Positions 24,610-34,523 of a stretch of DNA of 42,169 nt are shown piece by piece. The position numbers and the translations under genes were made by a program. The DNA comes from Patescibacteria group bacterium. GTDB taxonomy: Bacteria > Patescibacteriota > Minisyncoccia > Phycocordibacterales > GWA1-40-21. The stretch spans positions 1 through 42,169 of the forward strand of contig JAGWZI010000003.1 in NCBI GenBank assembly GCA_018968925.1. Direction: 5' to 3'. The notes below the pieces were generated by a model. That model did no database searches. It was not told the origin of the DNA and worked only from the letters and a program-made list of their open reading frames with translations. The first letter of the stretch is position 1. The number at the start of each line of letters is the position of its first letter.

Positions 24610-26400
24610 CTACTCCGGCTTCATCATATCGAGAAAGACATCCTGGCTGATGTTCACCACGCCGCGCTCTTTCATGCGCTTCTTGCCCTTCTTCTGCTTC
24701 TCGCGAAGCTTCATTTTCCGGGTGATGTCGCCGCCGTAGAGGTAATCCGTGACGTCCTTTTTCATGCCGGACATGGCATGCGAGGCGATGATGCGACCCA
24801 TGGCTTTCGCTTGAATTTTAAAGCTGAACATCTGACGCGGCAAGATGCGGGAAAGCTTTTCAACCGCCGCTTCGGCCTCTTCCTGCACCCTGCGGCGCGC
24901 CACAATGCGGGCGAACGCGATGACCGGCTCGTCCGCGACGAGGATGTCCATCTTCACGACATCGGCCTCGCGGAGCGGCAGGGATTCGTAGGAAATGGAC
25001 GCGTAGCCCGAGGTGATGCTTTTGAGCTCGTTGAAGAAATTGCGCATGAGCTCGCGCAGCGGCATCTCGAGCGTCAAGGACGTGCGGTTGTCGCCAAAGC
25101 TTTCCGAATCGCCGATCACCGCCTCGTGGTCGTAGAGCTTCTGCATGATATTGCCGAGATAGTCGGACGGCGTGATGATGCGGACGCGGACCCAGGGCTC
25201 GTATATCTTCTCGATGAGATGGTCTTCGGGAAAGAGCGCGGGCGAGAAAACCGTGATGCGCTTGCCGTTCTTGAGCGCGACGTCGTAATTGATGGACGGC
25301 GTGGTGACGATGAGCTCGAGCGAAAATTCACGGCGCAGGCGCTCGACGATGATCTCGAGATGGAGCATGCCGAGGAATCCGCAGCGGTAGCCGCGACCGA
25401 TCGTGCCGGACGTTTCCTCTTCATACGTGAACGACGAATCGGAGAACTTGAGCTTGCCGAGCGCGAGTTTCAGGAGATCGAAATCATCCTGGCTTTCCGG
25501 ATAGACAGAAGCCCAGACGACGGGCGACGGACTTGCGTAGCCGGGCAGGGGTTCGCGCCGGTCATGGACGTATGCGACCGTGTCGCCGACAGAAGCGATC
25601 GCCGATTCCTTGATGCCGGTTGTGATATAACCGATCTCGCCTGCGGAAAGGGATTCCCGTGGCGACTCGAGCGGCGAGAAAATGCCGACAGCAGTAGCGG
25701 AAAAGGTTCTTCCGGAAACCTTGAACGCAAGCGGTGTGTTCTTCTTCACTTCCCCGTCGAAAACGCGGACAAAAACGGTCACGCCGCTCGTATTCGAGTA
25801 TTTGAAATCGAAGACGAGCGACTGGAACGACTTCTCGTCGCCGCCATGAGCCGAACGCGGAGCCGGCACGCGCCGAACGATCTCATCGAGCAGATGCGCG
25901 ACGCCCTCCCCCGTCTTGCCGGAAACTTCGAGAATATCTTTCTCGTCAACAAAAAGAAGGTTGGAAATTTCCTCCTTCACCTCCTTTGTCCGCGCCAAAG
26001 GCGAGTCGATCTTCGAGACGACCGGAATGATGACGAGGTTCGATTCCTGCGCCATGCGGAGGGTGGTGAGCGTCTGCGCCTGGACGCCTTGCGTCGCGTC
26101 GACGAGCAAAATCGAGCCTTCGACCGCCTTGAGCGCGCGGGAAACTTCGTAGGAAAAGTCGATATGCCCCGGCGTATCGATGAGGTTCATCACATATGTC
26201 TCGCCGCCGCTTTTCCACTCCATGCGCACCGGCTGCATCTTGATCGTGATGCCGCGCTCGCGCTCGAGTTCCATCGAATCGAGCACCTGGTCCATCATCT
26301 TGCGCTTTTCGATCGTGCCGGTGAGCTCGAGCATGCGGTCGGCAAGCGTCGATTTGCCGTGGTCGATGTGGGCGATAATGCTGAAATTCCGTATGTTCAC
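24610..26400 (-). CDS. lepA: Elongation factor 4 (LepA)
   Basis: IRNFSIIAHIDHGKSTLADR, RERGITIK, DTPGH, GFLGMLH, GGDITRKMKL..QKKGKKRMK; GTG start. Confidence 0.98.
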   Translation of the reverse strand: MNIRNFSIIAHIDHGKSTLADRMLELTGTIEKRKMMDQVLDSMELERERGITIKMQPVRMEWKSGGETYVMNLIDTPGHIDFSYEVSRALKAVEGSILLVDATQGVQAQTLTTLRMAQESNLVIIPVVSKIDSPLARTKEVKEEISNLLFVDEKDILEVSGKTGEGVAHLLDEIVRRVPAPRSAHGGDEKSFQSLVFDFKYSNTSGVTVFVRVFDGEVKKNTPLAFKVSGRTFSATAVGIFSPLESPRESLSAGEIGYITTGIKESAIASVGDTVAYVHDRREPLPGYASPSPVVWASVYPESQDDFDLLKLALGKLKFSDSSFTYEEETSGTIGRGYRCGFLGMLHLEIIVERLRREFSLELIVTTPSINYDVALKNGKRITVFSPALFPEDHLIEKIYEPWVRVRIITPSDYLGNIMQKLYDHEAVIGDSESFGDNRTSLTLEMPLRELMRNFFNELKSITSGYASISYESLPLREADVVKMDILVADEPVIAFARIVARRRVQEEAEAAVEKLSRILPRQMFSFKIQAKAMGRIIASHAMSGMKKDVTDYLYGGDITRKMKLREKQKKGKKRMKERGVVNISQDVFLDMMKPE

Positions 26401-26515
26401 GGGGCTATCCTAGCAGAAAAACGGGAAAAATACATGCGCCGAAAAAAATGGACAGTTGATGATTTCTGCTTCAAAAGATATACTATGCCCTGTTAACAGT
26501 CCTGCAACACACATC

Positions 26516-26929
26516 ATGATTTCTTCATTCGAATGGACGAAAGACATGTCGGTCGGAGACGAAACGATCGACCGGCAGCATCAGCAGCTTCTGAAAGAAA
26601 TCGATATCCTGCTTTCGGTACTCATTGCCGGCGCCGATGAAACCGCGATAGCAAGCGCGGTCGCTTTTTTGAGCGATTATATCGCCACGCATCTCGCCTA
26701 TGAGGAAGAATATATGCGGCAGCACGGGTATCCCGACATCGATTTCCACATCTCGCTTCATCGGGATTTCATCGATCATTACGAATTGTTCAAAAAGGAG
26801 GTCACGGACGGCGTGCCAAGAAAGGAACTCATTTCGGAGATCGCCCAATATGTCGGCGCCTGGTGGCTCAAACACATTCTGATCGAGGACAAGAAATACG
26901 CCCGCTACGTCGCGGAGCACCGGAAGTGA
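26516..26929 (+). CDS. Bacteriohemerythrin
   Basis: W..MSVGDETIDRQHQQL, HLAYEEEYM..YP..HISLH, WWLKHILIEDKKY di-iron ligands. Confidence 0.92.
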   Translation: MISSFEWTKDMSVGDETIDRQHQQLLKEIDILLSVLIAGADETAIASAVAFLSDYIATHLAYEEEYMRQHGYPDIDFHISLHRDFIDHYELFKKEVTDGVPRKELISEIAQYVGAWWLKHILIEDKKYARYVAEHRK

Positions 26930-27856
26930 TCACTGCTTCTCGCGGTCGATGAAATCCTTGAAGTCGCCGATATGCTTGCGGATATTCTCGATCACCTCGG
27001 TCGAACCGGCGAGTGTTTTAATGCGATCGTCTTTTTCAAGCACGTCGATTTGCGCGTTCACATAGTCGCCAAAATAGCGCAGTTTCATTTCGGCAAGCTT
27101 TTCCGCGCCTGTTCCGGGTGCCGACGGGATCGACGGCATTGGGGATCGTTTGCCCTTCCCCTTTGAAAACCGACCGATGATAAATGCAAGGAAAGCGATG
27201 GCGAGAGCGGCGATAGCGAGTGAAAGCGGGGTGACCGGATAGCCAAAAAGGAGAAGCGGCGCCGGAACCGTGCAAGGCGTTTGTATCGGAGCGGCGGTCG
27301 TGGTGGCGACAGTGGCAGTGGCGGCGACCGCCGTCGGAACCGTCGCCGCCGAAGATGCCGTTGCTTGCGGCAATGTCGGCGTAATCGTGAAGGTTGCGGA
27401 ACCGAGACTCGTCGGAAGGCTCGTGCCGACGCCGTCGTTCGCAAGGACCGAACCGGAATCAAATGAAATTGCCGCTGTGCCTGCCGACTTGGCGCGGAAT
27501 GTGATCGAAACCACTTTGCCATTCTGTCCCTCAAAGCCGGGATTCAATACGATACCCTCAAATGTCACCGAGCCGTCGCTGTTCGAGAACGACGGATCGA
27601 CCGTCCAGAGCGAGACGATGGATCCCGATTTCGAGACGGACACCACGCTCAATTTGTCCTTGGGAAACGCAACGGTCGCCGAAACCGCGTTCATCGCCTG
27701 ATCCGTACTCGCGACATCGGCGTTCACGGTAAATTCGGAACCGGCCGAGACGCTTCCCGTTTGCGGCAAAAATGAAAGCGACGCCGCAGAGGCAGCGAGC
27801 GGCCCTGCAACCGCGGCAAGAACAAGAAGCGCGAATGTTACGATCTTTTTTTCCAT
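26930..27856 (-). CDS. Cohesin-domain membrane-anchored protein
   Basis: Signal peptide; GSEFTVNADV..NAVSATVAFPKDKLSVV..GKVVSITFRAKSAGTAAISF..SVLANDG cohesin-like sandwich; Thr/Ala/Pro linker; TM; cytoplasmic tail. Confidence 0.8.
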   Translation of the reverse strand: MEKKIVTFALLVLAAVAGPLAASAASLSFLPQTGSVSAGSEFTVNADVASTDQAMNAVSATVAFPKDKLSVVSVSKSGSIVSLWTVDPSFSNSDGSVTFEGIVLNPGFEGQNGKVVSITFRAKSAGTAAISFDSGSVLANDGVGTSLPTSLGSATFTITPTLPQATASSAATVPTAVAATATVATTTAAPIQTPCTVPAPLLLFGYPVTPLSLAIAALAIAFLAFIIGRFSKGKGKRSPMPSIPSAPGTGAEKLAEMKLRYFGDYVNAQIDVLEKDDRIKTLAGSTEVIENIRKHIGDFKDFIDREKQ

Positions 27857-28716
27857 ACGATAAAATAGAAAAGGAGAAAAACGAACAGAGCGATACCGAT
27901 GACGAACCATGTGTCGAGACTCGCATACCAGGCGAGCGGGTGTTCGGGGAGAAGACGCTCGACGCGGATATTGCCGGCAGTGTCGATCGCTTTGACGTAC
28001 ACGTAGCTCGACAAATTCTGATCGGCAAGCAGATACGGGCTCGTCGCCGGAATCCACGGCGCAAAATCGAACAATACGTGCTTCGTTTCCCGCACTTCAT
28101 AACCCTTGATGCCGCTTCCTTTATCCTGCGTCGAAAAGACGACGAACGCTTTCCCGTCGAATATGTTCGGATCCCGGGCGATTTCGGGCATAAAAGTTTC
28201 CGGCGGGGCCGTATTCGTGACGGGAATGATGCGCGTCGCCGGGCCGTTTTCGGCCACGGTAAACGACGAGCTTGTGACCGTAAATGTCGTCGGTGTGCCT
28301 GCGCCGTCGGCGAGAAGCATGGCGCCGTTCGTTATGCCGATTTCGCCTTTACCGGTCGATTTCGCGGAAAAAATGAGCGAAAGGATCTTTCCTTGCCTGC
28401 CGATGCCGCCCGGCGTGATGCCCGAAAACCGGACGCCCGCCGCAGTCGAGGTCGGCGCATCGACCCAGAAATTGACGACTGAATCGTTATCTCGGATTTG
28501 TTCGAGAGAAAGAAGGTTGGTCGGATACGTGACCGTACCACCGACCGCATTCACATTGGCGCTCGCCGGATCGATGACGATATCGACCTGGAATTCGCCC
28601 CCTGGACCGATACGATCGGCCGATGAGCTCGCAATAAACCGCGCAGCGGAGGAAACGCCCGGCACGGCAAGGATGATGGCGGCAAATACGGTGATGAAAA
28701 AGGAAAAGCGGCGCAT
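27838..28716 (-). CDS. Cohesin plus Ig-like domain membrane-anchored protein
   Basis: Signal peptide; GGEFQVDIVID..NAVGGTVTYP..GKILSLIFSAKSTGKGEI..LLADG; NTAPPETF..DKGSGIKGY..KAIDTAGN; C-terminal TM. Confidence 0.8.
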   Translation of the reverse strand: MRRFSFFITVFAAIILAVPGVSSAARFIASSSADRIGPGGEFQVDIVIDPASANVNAVGGTVTYPTNLLSLEQIRDNDSVVNFWVDAPTSTAAGVRFSGITPGGIGRQGKILSLIFSAKSTGKGEIGITNGAMLLADGAGTPTTFTVTSSSFTVAENGPATRIIPVTNTAPPETFMPEIARDPNIFDGKAFVVFSTQDKGSGIKGYEVRETKHVLFDFAPWIPATSPYLLADQNLSSYVYVKAIDTAGNIRVERLLPEHPLAWYASLDTWFVIGIALFVFLLFYFIVWKKRS

Positions 28717-28717
28717 A

Positions 28718-30259
28718 TTACGGGCGGATTATATCATTTTTCGGCGGTTCGGGTGCGATCGGTGCGGCATGGATCGTTCTCGGATCGACGAGCATATCGG
28801 CAGTTTGCACGGGCAAAACGGCAGCGGGAGGAACGGGAAGCGTTTTTGTTGCGGCAGGCGCGGAAACCGGCGCTTCCCTGTTTTCCGGCCGGGAAACGGC
28901 GTCTGCAACGCTGAGCGTTTGAAGATTTTTCAAAAATTGCTCTTTGAGCTCGCGCTGTTTCTGTTCGAGATCGAGCTTCTTCATCGCTTCCGTCGCATCC
29001 ACCAGCTGTTCCATCTGTTCCTTTTCCGACTGGTACAGCAGTTCCTCCTCTTTCGTCGTTTTCATGATGCGTTTCACTCGGGCGATGATGCGATGGCCGA
29101 AAAGATAATCGAGAATGAGGAAGATGACGAGAAGAATCACCAACCAGTTCGCCTGCACGAACGACACGAGTGTCGATGCTGAGGAAATGGTTATCGTTTC
29201 GTCGCGGACATTGCCCGCTTTGTCGAATGCCCGCACGGTGAGCCGCACATGTTCGAAAGGCTTGAGCGGCAATTGATACGGATTTTCCGCCTGGACGAAT
29301 ACCGGCGAGGTATTCGTCGCATTGCTCCCGTCGACGACGCCGACCTCGTAATGATCGATGCCGGCAAGCGTATCGGTCGTAAAGAACGAAACGAGCGCCT
29401 GGGTGCCGCCGGACGCGGAAACCATTTCGACCCCCGGCGTGAATGCCGCGGGAGGCGTCGTGTCGATACGGATCATGAAATGCGTCGTGCCGCCCCAAAC
29501 GCCCTGTTTTTGCGCTTTAATGTGAAAATACCAGATTCCGTCGGACAAATTCGGATATGAGATGACCGTGTCCGTGGCATCGAGCGTATTGTCCGGCACG
29601 GTGAACGGCTTATCATCAAGCGTGAAACTGAAACCGGAGACGCCGATATCGCGATTCCAGGCGAGAACCGGAGAATTGTTGTTATACCAGGTGTCCTCGA
29701 ACGGATGCGTTTCGGAAAAAACGGACGGACCAGCCGGCGACTGCGGCAGGATCGTGTACGAACCGCGATCGAGAGCAAGTTGCGTTTCACTCCCCTGTCC
29801 GTCGTTCGCCAGCACGCGCGAGGCGCTCGAAATCGTGATCGGCGCCTGTCCCGAAGAAACGGCGCGGAAGGTCATGGTCGTGATGAGACCGCTCGACGTG
29901 GTGATGCCGTTCGGAATGACACCAGAAAGCGAGAGCGTGCCGGCCGTGTTCGAATACGAGGGCGGATCGACCCAGATGCCGATGATGGAATTGCTGTTCG
30001 ACGGATTGACAAGCACCATTTTCGACGGATCGAAATTGACCGAGAGAGACACGGCATTGATGCTCCTCCCTTCGGTGTCGACGAAGACCGGAATCTCGAT
30101 CGTCGCGCCCTGGATGATCGTCGCGGAAGCCGGCGAGAAGAAGAGGTGCGATTTCTGCAGGAGTTTCGACGCGTCGACCGATACCGACGGTTGGGCGAAA
30201 ACGGCATGCGGAGCGAGCATGAGGCAGCAAAGGAACACGCTGGTGATGAGCCGTTTCAT
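28718..30259 (-). CDS. Cohesin plus two Ig/FN3-like domains, TM and coiled-coil tail
   Basis: Signal peptide; NAVSLSVNFDP..GLITTMTFRAVSSGQAPI..VLANDG; LSDGIWYFHIKA; DTTPP..RAFDKAGN; TM; Glu/Lys-rich then Pro-rich tail. Confidence 0.8.
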   Translation of the reverse strand: MKRLITSVFLCCLMLAPHAVFAQPSVSVDASKLLQKSHLFFSPASATIIQGATIEIPVFVDTEGRSINAVSLSVNFDPSKMVLVNPSNSNSIIGIWVDPPSYSNTAGTLSLSGVIPNGITTSSGLITTMTFRAVSSGQAPITISSASRVLANDGQGSETQLALDRGSYTILPQSPAGPSVFSETHPFEDTWYNNNSPVLAWNRDIGVSGFSFTLDDKPFTVPDNTLDATDTVISYPNLSDGIWYFHIKAQKQGVWGGTTHFMIRIDTTPPAAFTPGVEMVSASGGTQALVSFFTTDTLAGIDHYEVGVVDGSNATNTSPVFVQAENPYQLPLKPFEHVRLTVRAFDKAGNVRDETITISSASTLVSFVQANWLVILLVIFLILDYLFGHRIIARVKRIMKTTKEEELLYQSEKEQMEQLVDATEAMKKLDLEQKQRELKEQFLKNLQTLSVADAVSRPENREAPVSAPAATKTLPVPPAAVLPVQTADMLVDPRTIHAAPIAPEPPKNDIIRP

Positions 30260-30260
30260 A

Positions 30261-31640
30261 TTATCCCGTCCAGTAATACGCCATGATCGAGAAATCCGTG
30301 AGGGTGATCGCGCCGTCGCCTGACAATTCCTTCTTCTCTACGGCCGCGAATGTGGGCGAGAGCGCCCGATGATACCAGTACGCCGCGATCGAAAAATCCA
30401 CGAGATTCACGCGGCAATCGCCGTTCAGATCCCCTTTCGTCGGGCATGCTTGCGATGAGGCAAGGACGGTCTTGTCGCCGACTTGGAAGCCCACGGTATC
30501 CGAAAACGGACTGATGAGCGAGCTCGTGGCGGCTTTCGATTTCGTGCTGTGCAAAGCAAGCGCGAGGGGCGATGTGTCGAAATCATACAAATAGACGCCG
30601 TTCGCATCCGATTCCGTCTGTTCGAAATATTCCGGCGTTGAATGCACCGATATGGTGATCGCGGCATCCGGCACGCTCTGTCCGAAAATGGCGATAGTAT
30701 CGCCGCGCTTCACTTCGCTCTTGTCGACGGCGATCGTCGGCGCGAGAAAGATGCCGCCGATATTGGTCGTCACGCCCTGCGTGATGTAGATCGGGAACGT
30801 GAAGGCGCTCGACCGTCTGTTCTGGCTGTCCTCGCCGTAGACCGAAAACGTGTAATTGCCGGCGGCAAGACCGGCGATCGAAACGCTGAAATTGGCGTCC
30901 GGACCCGCAATGGTCGTCACGGCAAGCTGTCCGTCTTTGAGAATGCCGACCGTTGATAAGGGGTAGGCCCGGCCGGAAAAATTGACGCTGGCCGAGCCGC
31001 CGCCGTATGATACGCCTCCGCCACCGCCCCCTCCTCCGCCGCCACCTGACGAATACGTGCACGGCAACGGTCCGCCGTAATTGGTCGCCGAATGATCGGT
31101 ACATACCGGCGGCGCGCCGGAGGGTGTTGCCGAAACCTGTCCTGACGTGATGATGACATTGCCGTAGGCATCGAGCGCCTCGACGATGAAATAGTATGTC
31201 GTTCCGTTCGCGAGTCCCGGAATAATCGCCGACGTCACATTGCCGACCGAAGTAAAACTGTACGGTCCGCCGGAAACGGCCGACTGGCCGACCTTGTAGC
31301 CGGACACGTTCCAGCCCAAAGCGCCGTTCGCCGCCGTCCAGGAAAGCGACACCTGACCGTCGCCCGGTGTCGCCGCGATGACAGGCGACGAGACGACTGG
31401 ATAATACTGGAAACCGAAACTCCCGAGAAACGCCGAGGATGACGACTGGCCGATCGCGACTTGTCCGAGCGAACTCTGCAATTGGAAATTCGCCGACGCT
31501 GAATATCCGCCGCCGAGATCGATGACCGGATCAAGCACCGTATAATTGCCGGAGGAAAATTCCTGGGCGAAAGCAAACGGCGCCGCAAAGAAACAAGCGG
31601 TACAGAAAAAAACGGCAACTCGTGATAAAAAAAGACGCAT
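30261..31640 (-). CDS. Secreted FN3/Ig protein with C-terminal dockerin
   Basis: Signal peptide; FN3 (GDGQVSLSW..GY..GLANGTTYYFIVEA); poly-Gly linker; duplicated Ca-loop GDLNGDCRVNLVDF / ELSGDGAITLTDF; no TM anchor. Confidence 0.85.
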   Translation of the reverse strand: MRLFLSRVAVFFCTACFFAAPFAFAQEFSSGNYTVLDPVIDLGGGYSASANFQLQSSLGQVAIGQSSSSAFLGSFGFQYYPVVSSPVIAATPGDGQVSLSWTAANGALGWNVSGYKVGQSAVSGGPYSFTSVGNVTSAIIPGLANGTTYYFIVEALDAYGNVIITSGQVSATPSGAPPVCTDHSATNYGGPLPCTYSSGGGGGGGGGGGVSYGGGSASVNFSGRAYPLSTVGILKDGQLAVTTIAGPDANFSVSIAGLAAGNYTFSVYGEDSQNRRSSAFTFPIYITQGVTTNIGGIFLAPTIAVDKSEVKRGDTIAIFGQSVPDAAITISVHSTPEYFEQTESDANGVYLYDFDTSPLALALHSTKSKAATSSLISPFSDTVGFQVGDKTVLASSQACPTKGDLNGDCRVNLVDFSIAAYWYHRALSPTFAAVEKKELSGDGAITLTDFSIMAYYWTG

Positions 31641-31717
31641 GATATGGAAAACGGGGCCTGCAAGCGGTCTCTCGAAACCATTCCAGTATACCGCACCGGC
31701 GCGCGGCGCGAAAGGAG

Positions 31718-32158
31718 TTATTTCTTCTTCGCGATATCTTTGACCGGAACTGCGACTTTCGGAATGCCTTCGCCGCGGGAATAGCTGTCGGCGATCTCCC
31801 GGATCTTTGAGACGATCTCGATCGGACTGTATTGGCTCTTGATGAGATAGAGTACCGCCCCGAGCTCAAGCCCTTTCTCGGCATCCTGTTCGCCGGCGAG
31901 GTTCGTCAGGAGAACGACCGGGATCGACTTGAGGGCGCCATCCGCTTTCATTTCCCGCAGGACCTCGAAACCGCTCTTTTTCGGCATCATGATATCGAGT
32001 ACCGCGACGAGCGGCTTCGGATCCATAGAATGCAGAAGGGAGATCGCGCTCTCGCCGTCGAAGGCGATTTTGAGATCGAAACCGTTCGCCTTGAACGCAC
32101 GCTCGTACATTCGGCTCATCAGCGGATCGTCTTCGGCAAAGAATAGCAGTGTCGACAT
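31718..32158 (-). CDS. Single-domain response regulator
   Basis: AEDD, LDIMMP, LLTN, LIK; no output domain. Confidence 0.92.
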   Translation of the reverse strand: MSTLLFFAEDDPLMSRMYERAFKANGFDLKIAFDGESAISLLHSMDPKPLVAVLDIMMPKKSGFEVLREMKADGALKSIPVVLLTNLAGEQDAEKGLELGAVLYLIKSQYSPIEIVSKIREIADSYSRGEGIPKVAVPVKDIAKKK

Positions 32159-32170
32159 GATGACTGATGG

Positions 32171-32542
32171 TTATTTGATAAGCTTTTTCACGTTCTCGAG
32201 GATTTCCGCATTGCTCGTATCGATCTTGATGAGGAACATGGCCGCGCCGAGATCGAGAAACGCCTGCTTGTCCTCTTCGAAGAACGAATTGGTCAGAACG
32301 ATGACCGGCACGGACTGTATTCTAGCATCCTTTTTGATTTTTTTCAAAAACTCCCGACCGTCCATTTCCGACATGTGGACGTCAAGGATCATGATGGCAG
32401 GCAGATCCTTGGCCGCGGAGAGGTAGTCAAGCGCCGCCTGTCCGTTTTCCATCCGCGTCACGGCATATCCATGCATGGTGAAGAGACGCTCGTACATGTC
32501 GCCAACAAATTTGTCATCCTCGATAACGAGTATATTCTTCAT
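32171..32542 (-). CDS. Single-domain response regulator
   Basis: IEDD, LDVHM, VLTN, LIK; no output domain. Confidence 0.9.
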   Translation of the reverse strand: MKNILVIEDDKFVGDMYERLFTMHGYAVTRMENGQAALDYLSAAKDLPAIMILDVHMSEMDGREFLKKIKKDARIQSVPVIVLTNSFFEEDKQAFLDLGAAMFLIKIDTSNAEILENVKKLIK

Positions 32543-32556
32543 CGAATGTTATTGTA

Positions 32557-34509
32557 TCATGAGGCGGCCGGCAGAGTGAAGAAAAACGTGCTGCCGATGC
32601 CGATCTCGCTTTTTTCAAGACCGATCGTGCCGCCCATCCGCTCGACGAGCATCTTCGAAATGTAGAGACCGAGGCCCGTGCTTTTGCTCACGTCGCGGGC
32701 AAGGGCCTGCTCGCCGGCCGGCTGGAACTTGCGGAAGAGCAGGCTCACGCTCGCCGGCGCGATGCCCGAACCCGTATCGGTCACCCGTACCGTCACCAAT
32801 CCTCCTCCGGCGGAGGCCGATACCGCGATGCGACCCTGCTTCGTGAATTTGACGGCATTGCCGATGAGGTTGAACAGGATCTGTTCGGTCTTTTCGCGAT
32901 CGGCCGAAACGGCGGGTAGGGATGCCGGGCGGTCGAAGACGATATCGACCGGCTCGGCGGCGACGAGAAGCTTGGCGGAATCGAGCACCTTGCCGATCGC
33001 ATCGCGGACGTCGAATGTCGTCTTCGTGAACATGATATTCCCCTGCTCGAGGCGGGAGACCTGGAGGAAGTCGTTGACGATGCCGATGAGACGGACGCTC
33101 GCCGTGTCGATATCGGATATCATCTCGCGTACGTCCGTATCCTGCACCTTGTCCGCGTACATGCTCATGATGAGCTCGGTGTTGCCGCGGATGGCCGTGA
33201 GCGGCGTGCGGAGCTCGTGCGACGCGACCGCGAAGAATTCATCCTTGCTCCGCTCCAGGATCTTGGCTTCGGTCGTATCCTCGATCAAGAGCACGTGACC
33301 GATCGTCCGATCCTTGTTCGAAACGGGCGCACAGAAGATGCGGAGGAATTTCGTTCGGTATTCGATATCTTTGACCGTGATCGTCTTGTTTGATTCGAGG
33401 CATTCGCGGCAGCTTTTCTCGAGATCAAACTTGTCGAAGAGCTTCGCCATCTCCGAGATCGCGTGCGGATTCTCCTTCACGTCGAGCACCGTCCGCACGG
33501 CCGAATTCGAGAGAATGATGGCGCCGTTCACATCCGCCATGATATAGCCGATCGAAAGACTGTTGATGGACGCGAGCAGGCGCGATTTCTCGTCGGAAAG
33601 CTCCTCGGTGCGGATCGCGACCGTCTCTTCGACTTTCGATTTTTCGCGCTCAACGTCCTCGAGCAGGTTGACGATCGCCCGCTTCGAATTCTCAAGATTC
33701 TCGTTCGCCGCATGGAGTTCCTGGCCGGACGTCTCGAGATTCGCGATCTTGTCCCGCAGGGCCGCGATCAAGGCGTTGAAGGACGCGGAGAGGCTGCCGA
33801 TCTCGTCGGTCCGGCCGAGCAGGTCCGCACTGACCTCGAGCGAAGACTCACCACTGGTGATGCGTCGGGCGATGTCGGAAAGCTTCCTGATCGGATCGGT
33901 GATCCTGCGCGCGAAGGTATAGGCGAAGAAAATGAGGAACAGGGCGGAACATGCGAGAAACGCGAGAACCGCCGGCGTGATGACCGACTGGATCCTGTTG
34001 ATATCCTGCGTCGTGCGGGCGATGACGGCGGTCTCCGCAAAAATGAGATCCGTCATGTCCTGCTTGACGAAATCGAAATCGTTCGACGCCTGGGAGAAAA
34101 TGTTGGAAATATCGGCGCTCGCGCCCTGCGCCGCGAAGTTGCTCTTGGCGTTCTCGGTCAGGGCGACGATCGTGCCGAGAGCGTTCTTGACGCTCCGGTA
34201 ATCGAGCTTGGCGGTTTCGTCGGCGGACGGAAGGGCGTACGCCTCATCAAGGACCGCTTCTTCCTTCTTGATTTCGGCAAGCTGCGCATCATATTCCGAA
34301 TAATCGTTCGACTTGAACGCGCTGTAGATGTCTTCGACGAGATTCCAGATGTTGTCGCGCAGGGCTTTCTCGGTGATGATGTTCTGATTGATCGCCTGAT
34401 ATTTGCCGACAAGGCTGATGTTGATCGCGGCGACCGCCGCAATCGTAACGAATCCGCCTGCGGCGATGAGCAGGAATGCGGCGGTGATTTTTGTCCGGAT
34501 CGATTGCAT
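32557..34509 (-). CDS. Membrane sensor histidine kinase (helical ectodomain-HAMP-coiled coil-PAS-HisKA-HATPase)
   Basis: Two TM helices; ITDPIRKL..DEIGSLSASFN HAMP; ASHELRTPL; NLIGNAVKFT; DTGSGI; STGLGL. Confidence 0.95.
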   Translation of the reverse strand: MQSIRTKITAAFLLIAAGGFVTIAAVAAINISLVGKYQAINQNIITEKALRDNIWNLVEDIYSAFKSNDYSEYDAQLAEIKKEEAVLDEAYALPSADETAKLDYRSVKNALGTIVALTENAKSNFAAQGASADISNIFSQASNDFDFVKQDMTDLIFAETAVIARTTQDINRIQSVITPAVLAFLACSALFLIFFAYTFARRITDPIRKLSDIARRITSGESSLEVSADLLGRTDEIGSLSASFNALIAALRDKIANLETSGQELHAANENLENSKRAIVNLLEDVEREKSKVEETVAIRTEELSDEKSRLLASINSLSIGYIMADVNGAIILSNSAVRTVLDVKENPHAISEMAKLFDKFDLEKSCRECLESNKTITVKDIEYRTKFLRIFCAPVSNKDRTIGHVLLIEDTTEAKILERSKDEFFAVASHELRTPLTAIRGNTELIMSMYADKVQDTDVREMISDIDTASVRLIGIVNDFLQVSRLEQGNIMFTKTTFDVRDAIGKVLDSAKLLVAAEPVDIVFDRPASLPAVSADREKTEQILFNLIGNAVKFTKQGRIAVSASAGGGLVTVRVTDTGSGIAPASVSLLFRKFQPAGEQALARDVSKSTGLGLYISKMLVERMGGTIGLEKSEIGIGSTFFFTLPAAS

Positions 34510-34523
34510 GCTTCGCTTCTTGT

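Noticed and set aside
31015-31047. G/C-rich simple repeat as a phase-variation tract
   Set aside because: It encodes a poly-Gly linker with mixed codons and is not a pure slippage tract.
26930-31640. True cellulosome
   Set aside because: No multi-cohesin scaffoldin and no recognisable glycoside hydrolase catalytic domain on the dockerin protein.
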